From: Octopus vulgaris
Taxonomy: Eukaryota
DNA length: 64,000 nt
NCBI GenBank assembly: GCA_951406725.2
Contig: OX597842.1
Coordinates: 5,766,001-5,830,000 of the forward strand
Direction: 5' to 3'
This document shows, in pieces, positions 55,441-64,000 of the stretch (within the stretch, counting starts at the first letter, position 1; every line of letters starts with the position of its first letter). Below the pieces are notes generated by a model. That model did no database searches and was not told where the DNA came from. It saw only the letters and a program-made list of their open reading frames with translations. Position numbers and translations under genes: made by a program.

Positions 55441-55532
55441 GTCTCTGCGGACGAGGCACGCCAGTTGTAAATATATTTAATTTAATTTATTTGTTTACCA
55501 AAGTTTGTCGAAACTATGCATAATCCAGAGAT
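55441..55532 (+). ncRNA. Hammerhead-like motif in an element flanked by (TA)n
   Basis: GUCUCUG-CGGACGA-GGCA...UGUC-GAAA-CUAUGCAUAAU-C-CAGAGAU; 7-bp helix I, near-palindromic helix III, U4G core change. Confidence 0.6.
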
Positions 55533-55654
55533 GAAAGGGATAAACGTTTTTATTTTTCTCTTTCAATTTCAGAATTACAACTATTAGCGGTTTGAGTTTG
55601 GCTGCTCTTTCTAGTGAGTCGAATATCCTATTATGGCCATTCCTTATATTGTTG

Positions 55655-55724
<70 letters not shown>

Positions 55725-55799
55725 GCAGGAGTGGCTATGTGGTAAGTAGCTTGCTTACCAACCACATGGTTGCAGATTCAGTCTAACTGTGTCTTTTAC

Positions 55800-58700
55800 T
55801 CGCCACCACTCTTCTTATTCTTTCCAAGTCTTTCGGCGATCGGTGATGGATGACGGGAGCAGGCTCGTGAAGGCTGGAGGCTCCTAGTGCAGAACCGGCA
55901 CGGATGCGGTGGTTACATGATTCAGTTGCTCTATCTTTCGGAAGAAGCAGGGAAGATGTTCGGCAGCAGTATCCACGACTGAGCAGCCCTGTTTAGGATC
56001 CACTCTGCTCACCCTGAATTGGGAAGGGGCTAGAAAAGGTGCCCTAAACATAGTCTGCTTCACCCCAATCCTGTCTGGAAAACCGCGTCCAGAGGGATCA
56101 CCATCATGCGGTCGAAAATCAAGATCAAGATACGCAACGCTGAAATTCGGGACCTGGAATGTCAGGACTCTCATAGATAACACCAACTCAGACAGACCTG
56201 AAAGGCGAACTGTAATCATCGCCCGGGAACTCCAGCGATTCAATTTTGACATCGTAGCTCTCAGGGAAACCCGGAGAGCCGGAGAAGGCCGGCTGAGAGA
56301 AGAAGGCGGTCAATACACCTTTTTCTGGAAAGGTTACGATCCCGACCATCAACGGATCCATGGTGTGGGTTTTGCAATACGAAACACCATCCTATCCAAA
56401 CTGACAGAGCAGCCAATCGGAATGTCCGCACGACTCATGACCCTCCGAATCCAGCTTGTCAAAAGTCAGCACGCAACTATCATCAGCGCGTATGCTCCCA
56501 CCCTTCACGTGGAGGATTTAGTCAAGGAAGAGTTTTACAGCCAGCTTGATAGCATTCTCTCTACCGTCCCAAAGGACGACAAGATCATTCTCCTGGGAGA
56601 TTTCAACGCCAGAGTTGGGAGAGATCGTGAACTCTGGACAGGAACCATCGGAAAGGAAGGAGTGGGAAAATTCAATGCCAATGGAACTCTGCTACTCACC
56701 AAATGTGCTGAACATAACCTGGGGATAACCAACACCCTTTTTCGCCAGAAGAATCGATATAAGGTCTCATGGCAGCATCCAAGATCTAAAAAATGGCATC
56801 TCATCGACTATATCATCGTGAGATCCCGAGACCAGCAAGATGTGTTGCTCACCAGAGCCGCCACTGGAGCAGATGAGTGCTGGACAGATCATTGGCTCAT
56901 CGCCTCTAACCATGAAAATCAAACTCCGACCAAAAGTGAAATATCACAGCAAGGAAAGCAGAGTAAAGAAATTCAACATCGAAGCACTGCAAGACCCAAA
57001 AACTCGTGTCGCTTTCCAGCAGCGCCTACAGGTCAATCTTCAAAATAAGACTCCAAATCATCTCGTCGAAGAAAATTGGAACCAGCTGAAAGAAACCATC
57101 ATCACCGCTTGCGAAGAAACCATCGGTCGCAAGAAAAGGAAACACCAGGACTGGTTTGACGACAATGATGAAGCTCTCAAAGAACTGATCGACCAAAAAT
57201 GGAAAGCTTTCATCAGCTCACAGAATGATCCAAAGTCTGCCACTAAACGAGAGTCTTTCAAGAAGTGCAAAGCCGCAGTTCAAAGGACAACCCGTACCCT
57301 GAAGAACCAGTGATGGAGACACAAATCTCGTGAAATCCAGCAGCTAGCAGATGTAAACGACACCAGAGGGTTCTTCAAAGCCACGAAAGAAATATACGGA
57401 CCTGCCACACATGGACAGGCTCCTCTGAAGAGTAAAGACGGAGCAACCATCCTGAAAAGCAACACCGAAATAGGAGACAGATGGAGAGAACACTTCGATG
57501 ACTTCCTCAATCACAAGGCTACCATCGACAAAAGTATACTTGACATGATTCCTAAAGAGGCCAAAGATTACTCTCTCGCTCGAATTCCATCCCTCGAAGA
57601 GGTCAAAATTGCTATCACAGCGATGAAGAACAACAAAGCCGCGGGTCCTGACGGAATCCCAGCTGAGATCTACAAACTGGGAGGTGATTTTGTCCAATAC
57701 CAGCTCCACCAACTCTTGGTCAAAATCTGGACAAATGAAGTTGTACCATCCGACTTCAGGGATGCTAACATCATTACCATTTACTAACGAAAGGGCGATC
57801 GTTCTGAGTGTGGAAATTACCGGGGTATTTCCTTATTAGCAACTGCTGGGAAGATTCTTGCACGCATCCTGAACAACCGCCTCAAAACGCTGTCAGAGAG
57901 GATCTTTCCTGAGACGCAGACCGGCTTTAGGTCATCACGAAGCACAACCAACATGATCTTCACGCTGCGACAGCTACAAGAAAAATGTCGTGAGCAACAC
58001 CAACCGCTCTATTTAGCCTTTATCAACCTATCCAAAGCCTTTGATCGTGTCTCGCGAGAGCTCCTCTGGGATATTCTCGCCCAGTATGGATACCCAGATA
58101 AGTTCATCCGGATCCTCAAACTCCTCCACGACAATATGCACGCCAGAGTCCAGACCAACGGAGGCAGTTCTGAGCCCTTTAAAGTCACCTCCGGAGTGAA
58201 GCAAGGCTGCGTGATAGCGCCAACTCTCTTTACCATCTTTATCGCGACAGTGTTGCACATCATACGAGATGACCTTCCACCTGGCATCGATATCTCGTAC
58301 AGAATGGACGGCAAGCTTTTCAACCTCGCTAGCCTCAAAAGTACGTCAAAGACAATGGCGCGAAGCTTGCTAGAGTTCGAATATGCCGACGACAACAGTG
58401 TAGCAGCTTACAGAGAGGATCACCTCTGTAAGAGTTAGCACTTCCTTCTCTAAGCTTGGATTCGAAAACGAATCCAAGAATCATCGGTCGTCAAAAACCA
58501 ATGCATGTATAGGCGCGAAATTTAAAATTTAAAGATCCCTTTGTTCTGTCAAAAAGTGATTGATCATCTCCTTTGACCTGCGACCTCAGCCATGTCAGGT
58601 GAAGTTCAACTGGACAAGCGCTGACCTACTTAAGTAGTAACTCTGTTGCAGTATGTCTATCTTTCTAGCTGTTTCAAATATTATAAATACAAGGGAAAAA

Positions 58701-59611
58701 CAGAGAAAGAAACACAATCGCAGCTGACACACCAGCAGACAGATTTGTCTCGGCCCGCATTTTGGAGACGACAGAGAAATGCCTACAGGCTACTGTTTCG
58801 AATGATTCACGCACACATCCACACGCACAAACATATTCATCTTTAATATGTGCTCTATACAAGCAATGTGTAGCATTTGCTTACATTTGTATGTAATGTA
58901 TTTATAATCCATGTAAATAAATCCCTTTTTAATCATGAAACAATTTATGTATTTATTTATACACTCACCCATTCACTACACCTCCAACAGATCCTAAATG
59001 CTTTTCATCATGCATATACTAAACTTGGACTGAGCATCAACATCAAGAAGACTCACTTACTCTACCAACCTCCTCCCAATGCCCATGTTGACAACCCGCC
59101 ATCGATTCAACTCAAAGGAATTCCACTGGAAAATGTGAACCATTTCTGCTACCTTGGGAGCCATCTGTCAGCAAAGGTAGACCTCAGCGATGAAATCCAA
59201 CACCGTCTGAAGTGTGCAGGAACAGCTTTTGGCAAGCTTCGAACAAGAGTTTTTGCTGATCGGGACATCCAAACCGAAACCAAACTCATGGTGCACAGGG
59301 CAGTCATTATTCCAACCCTCCTTTATGCATCCGAAACCTGGACCCCGTATAGTCACTCTGGAAAACCACCATTCATGAGGGAACGGCGACTTTCGAGTCG
59401 AAAAGGTCTGCAGAGCTGGAGGAGAAAAGACGACGATGGAAGAAGCGCCAACAACAACCATGTGCGACTCTCTCTTCCGGCACTAGATGTCTGCATTGCG
59501 ACCAATCTATTCAAGCAAGAATTGGTCTTATCGGTCACCTACGGACTCACCAGTAAATTTGTGCAAAGACCATCGTCCTCGACCTTGAGGGATTGCCATC
59601 ATCATCATCAT
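55800..59611 (+). mobile_element. Decayed RTE-clade LINE (AP endonuclease + reverse transcriptase)
   Basis: Motifs LKFGTWNVRTL, SAYAPT, LGDFNARVG, WHLIDY, KAAGPDGIP, KAFD, GVKQGC and YADD (58382-58393). Frameshift at ~56910, stops at 57311 and 57785, deletion near 59355, (CAT)n tail. Confidence 0.95.
58427..58980. mobile_element. Solo LTR (554 bp) inserted in the RTE RT domain
   Basis: TGTA...TACA termini and 4-bp TSD CCTC (58423-58426 and 58981-58984); the RT frame EDHL|QQILNAF rejoins when it is removed. Confidence 0.88.
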
Positions 59612-59965
59612 ATATATATATATATATATATATAGATAGATAGATATGATCTTAAGCCAAATGCTCTAAGCCTCATTGTAACTGACAGAGTGCCAGTGTG
59701 AATCCAATAACTATAGCTATACTTGGCTATATTGGTTAATACACGATAACTTGGAAAAGTTAGGAATTTCAAGCAAGGAAAGTGACCAGCTAACACTTGA
59801 CTTCATGTGTTCCAAGGGTTGTGGTCATGCACACTTTGCAAATAGAATTTGCAAGTGGATCAGTAAAAATATGAAACATGGAACTCTAATTGAAAACCTA
59901 TCAAAAACTGTCAATAGGCACAGCTGGGGTAGTGTTGTAAGATACATACATAAATACATACACAC

Positions 59966-60490
59966 ATGTCATCTCGGTATTATCTACCAATGGGACATGA
60001 TGTTGTAGCTAGGACACTCTATAATGAAATCCGTTGAGAGGATAATCCCAAGGATAAAGAAATAAAAAACCACAATATGGTAGAAGCCATAGCCACTCAT
60101 AATAAAAAGGAATATTGGTGGAATATCCCAGTGAAGACCTGAATAAAATGTAAGCACAGCAGACCTGATATAATGATTTGGGACTGAGAAGAGAAACTGT
60201 GCACAGTTGTAGAAATTAGCTGCCCAGAAGATGTTAACATAATGCTGAAGATCAGTGAAAAAGAGAACACCTATGCTGAACTATTGAGAAATCTGCAGTT
60301 ATTTTATCCAGATAACAAGTTCAGGGGCCCTGAGATATGGAACACACTGCCTAAATACCAATCTTGAGAAATTAGGCTTCTCAAAACCAGAAAGGAGAAA
60401 GCTAATTCAAAGACTACAGATCCATTTCATCACTGGAACTGTAAAAAATCTGTAAAACTTTCCAGGAGTTTATCATTTTAATATATATGA
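59966..60490 (+). mobile_element. 3' fragment of an R4/Dong-like non-LTR retrotransposon (restriction-like endonuclease)
   Basis: MSSRYYLPMGHDVVA...EYWWN...HSRPDIMIWD...VVEISCP...EKENTY, with in-frame stops; matches the RHD / PD..E / K..Y pattern of REL endonucleases. Confidence 0.75.
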
Positions 60491-60493
60491 GCA

Positions 60494-60828
60494 TTCAGTT
60501 TTATTTCAAGATTTCTTGTCAATAGAGAGAGAGCCAGTTTCTAACCTACAACCAAGACTCCGTCTTTGGAATTTCAACAACACCGTATTTTTGCATGTAT
60601 GTGTATTTATGTACAATATTTGGAGTCAATGCAAGTGCAGATTTGTATGTTTTGTTTTATGTACATATTCTTATACATATAGTTGCATGTCTAGACATGC
60701 GCATAATATACTTAACTGATAAACTTCTGGAAAGATTTACAAATTTTTACAGTCCCAGTGAGGGTTTGGATATGTATGTATGTATGTGTATGTATGTATA
60801 TATGTGTGTGTGCGTGTATGTATATATA

Positions 60829-60861
<33 letters not shown>

Positions 60862-61310
60862 ATGTATGTCATTATTCAGTTTTATTTCAAAATTTCTTGT
60901 CAATAGAGAAAGAGCTGGTTTCTAACCTAGATCCAAGGCTCCTTCATTGGAATTTCAACATCCACAAGTATTTTTGTTTGTTTGTATGTATGTATGTATG
61001 TATGTATGTATGTATGTATACAAGTATGTATGTATATGTGCAGATTTGTATGGTTTGTTTTATGTATGTCTTCTCATGCATATACTTGTATATCTAGATA
61101 TGTTCATATATACTTAAATGATAAACTTCTGGAAAGTTTTACAGATATTTACAGTTCCCGTGATGGCTTGGATCTGTAGACTTCGAATCAGCTTTCTGGG
61201 TTTGGGTTTGAGAAGCCTAATTTCTCAAGATTGATATTTAGGTAGTACGTTATATATCCCAGTACCCTAATAATTACAGGTATAAACCTGAATTTGTAAT
61301 CTAGGTAGAA
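60494..61310 (-). mobile_element. Two tandem 3' ends of the same R4/Dong-like family, opposite orientation
   Basis: 60494-60770 and 60874-61310 are direct repeats; 61110-61310 is a diverged reverse complement of ~60310-60480. Confidence 0.72.
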
Positions 61311-62777
61311 AATAATTTGTTGTATTTTTTATCTACATTTCTATGATGGAGCTTTGAATCTTTGTTAGGAAGCAGATATTTCTTTATTGGAAGAAATCTA
61401 ATAATTTAGAAAGAGGAAAGGATGAAAGAAAGTCATCATTACATACTCAGCTGATGTCATCTGTGTTTCTTTGAAAGAGCCTTGTTGCTGAGTTAGAAAC
61501 CAACCCCTTCTCGTCATTGGTTAAAAATTGGTAAAATAAAACCAAAAGCACATACATATATGTACACACGTATAAATACATATATAGATGCACAGACCTA
61601 TATACATACACACACATATTAATTGTACATATTTACTCAAAGATACATACATACACACATGTACATACATATATACAGACATTATATACATGTTCTCACA
61701 CATGCATTTATACATACATTAGGCACACATAATTTGCACACAGACACATCTACATACATACCTACATACATACATACACAAGTAATTCATGCACCTACAC
61801 ACACACTCTCACACATACATTTCTGCATACAGCCATTATACATACATAAACATGCGTATATAATTCAATTATATTGTTGGTGTTGTTAACAATGTAAACC
61901 ACGGCAACAAGGGGATTGATGAGGAAAAATGTTGTGTGGGTGGGAAACACTGGTACACCTACATTCACACACGAACACACATGCACACACTACATGTATA
62001 TGTGTGTGTGTGTGTGTGTGCGCACACATGCATGCATAGGCACACATATACATGAATAGGTATCTGTGTATGTATGTCTATGTATATAGACATATATACA
62101 CATATAGTCACACATACATATATACATGTGTGTGTGTATGTGTGTGATTAAGCATATGTCAATATATAGACACTGTATGTGTGTGTATATATATATATAT
62201 ATATGTAGGCGTATGTGATTGGGTACATGTGACTATGTAGATGCTGTGTACACACACACACACACATATATATATATGTATGTACTTGTGTATATATATA
62301 TATGTATATATGTATTGATATATATATATATATATACATATATGCACATGTACATATCTATAAATATATGTATGTGTATGTGTGTTGTGTGTATATATAT
62401 ATGTATGTATATGTATAGACATATATGTATTTGTGTATATATAAATATATTACACATATGTATATATACATACATATATATGCATACACACCATCTACAT
62501 ATACACCTTTACATACATGTGTATGTACATTTGTATCTATGACTGTGCATATGTGTGTATATAGGCATATGCACACACTCACACACAAACATATATACAT
62601 ATATATTTATACAAATATACATATATACAGTCACACATGTACACACATACATGCTGCAATACATACAGATATATTTACATAGTTATACATAAATACATAC
62701 AGACTTTAGCACAGAAAATGACACATAGGCAAGCAAAAATGCACAAATACACCCACGCATATACGTTTAAATTGGCA

Positions 62778-62940
62778 CCCATACACACACCACCACCAAC
62801 CCATACACACACCACCACCAACCCATACACACACCACCACCAACCCATACACACACCACCACCAACCCATACACACCACCACCACCAACCCATACACACA
62901 CCACCACCAACCCATACACACACCACCACCAACCCATACA
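62778..62940. repeat. ~22-bp minisatellite
   Basis: Unit cccatacacacaccaccaccaa, ~7 copies. Confidence 0.9.
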
Positions 62941-63306
62941 TACCTACATACATGCAGTTTATTCTATCAGTTAGACATCGTACCAACAGGTCGAATAATG
63001 ATCGGCAGTGATGAAATAGAGGAGGTAAAGGAATATGTGTGCATATATATCCATATATATATATTATATATATATACAAACACACACACTTATGCATACA
63101 TGCACACATACACACACACACGTATACACCCATCTACAGGCGTACTTCTAGCCATACACTTATACAGAGACTCCCAGTTAAACACACTTATATATTCTAT
63201 CAGTCTCTTTTGACGAACCACTATGTTACAGGGATGTAAACACACCAGCTTCGGTTGTCAAGCGATGTTGGGGGAACAAACACACACACACACACGCACA
63301 CATATA

Positions 63307-63828
63307 CTGTAAATCCTCTAGTATAGTCTGCCCTTGAGTATAATATGCAGGAGATTTTTAGGGGGTTGTACCTCTGAAAAACCTAAACCTTGTGTATAAT
63401 ACACACCCATTCTCTAAGTTGAGTCGTTCGTAATTAAGCCAGCAGCACCTAGTCGAACAAACACTTCCACGCATGCGTAATACAATAATGGTGATGTTCT
63501 TAACTGTTATATGGGAATGTAAATATGTTTGCAAATTGTTTTTGTTACATGTTATTCTGTGTTCTGAGTACTTTTATTTTAATAAATGTTGCTTACTGCA
63601 AGTTATGGATGATTCTTTTATGACTTCATTGCTTTCAGGCTTAGCTTAAGGTATTTTCACGCCTGACATCACAAAATGCGTCTGAATAAACATTGCCGAA
63701 CAGTAAATAGAGACTCGGACATTGCTTAGAAAATATTTTTCATTTTTAACCTCGTATATAGCACGCACTAGGGATTTTGACCTTTAAATTTTGGGAAAAA
63801 ATTGTGGATTATACTCGAGGATTTAAGA
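63307..63828. mobile_element. Tc1/pogo-type MITE inserted at a TA in a SINE linker
   Basis: TIRs ctgtaaatcctctagtata and tatactcgaggatttaaga, with TA on both sides. Confidence 0.75.
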
Positions 63829-64000
63829 TATAAACATATATACGACGGGCTTCTTTGAGTTTCAGTCTACCAAATCCACTCACAAGGCTTTGGTCGGCCC
63901 GAGGCTATGGTAGAAGACACTTGCCCAGGGTGCCACACAGTGGGACTGAACCTGGAACCATGTGGTTTGTAAGCAAGCTACTTACGACACAGCCACAAAA

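Overview
AT-rich, microsatellite-saturated animal genomic DNA. The SINE/microsatellite landscape suggests an octopus (inference). There is one real host gene: eight + strand coding exons (14887-33915) of a phosphatidylserine synthase 2 (PTDSS2) orthologue, all with GT-AG boundaries and consistent phases. The N-terminal exons were not found and probably lie upstream of the window. Almost all ORFs in the supplied track are microsatellite or SINE artefacts. The rest is mobile DNA: several tRNA-derived SINE families, a decayed RTE LINE carrying a solo LTR, R4/Dong-like LINE ends, deleted mariners, TTAA MITEs, Helentron/HINE-like elements and minisatellites. The unexpected signal is more than a dozen minimal type I hammerhead-ribozyme-like folds from several unrelated repeat families. 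They have palindromic helix III and show C3-G8, U3-A8 and G3-C8 covariation. They occur in a 197-bp tandem array (retrozyme-like) and in asymmetric fold-back elements inserted in (TA)n, which resemble inverted pseudo-LTRs of Penelope-like elements. All structures were folded by eye; none was computed or tested.
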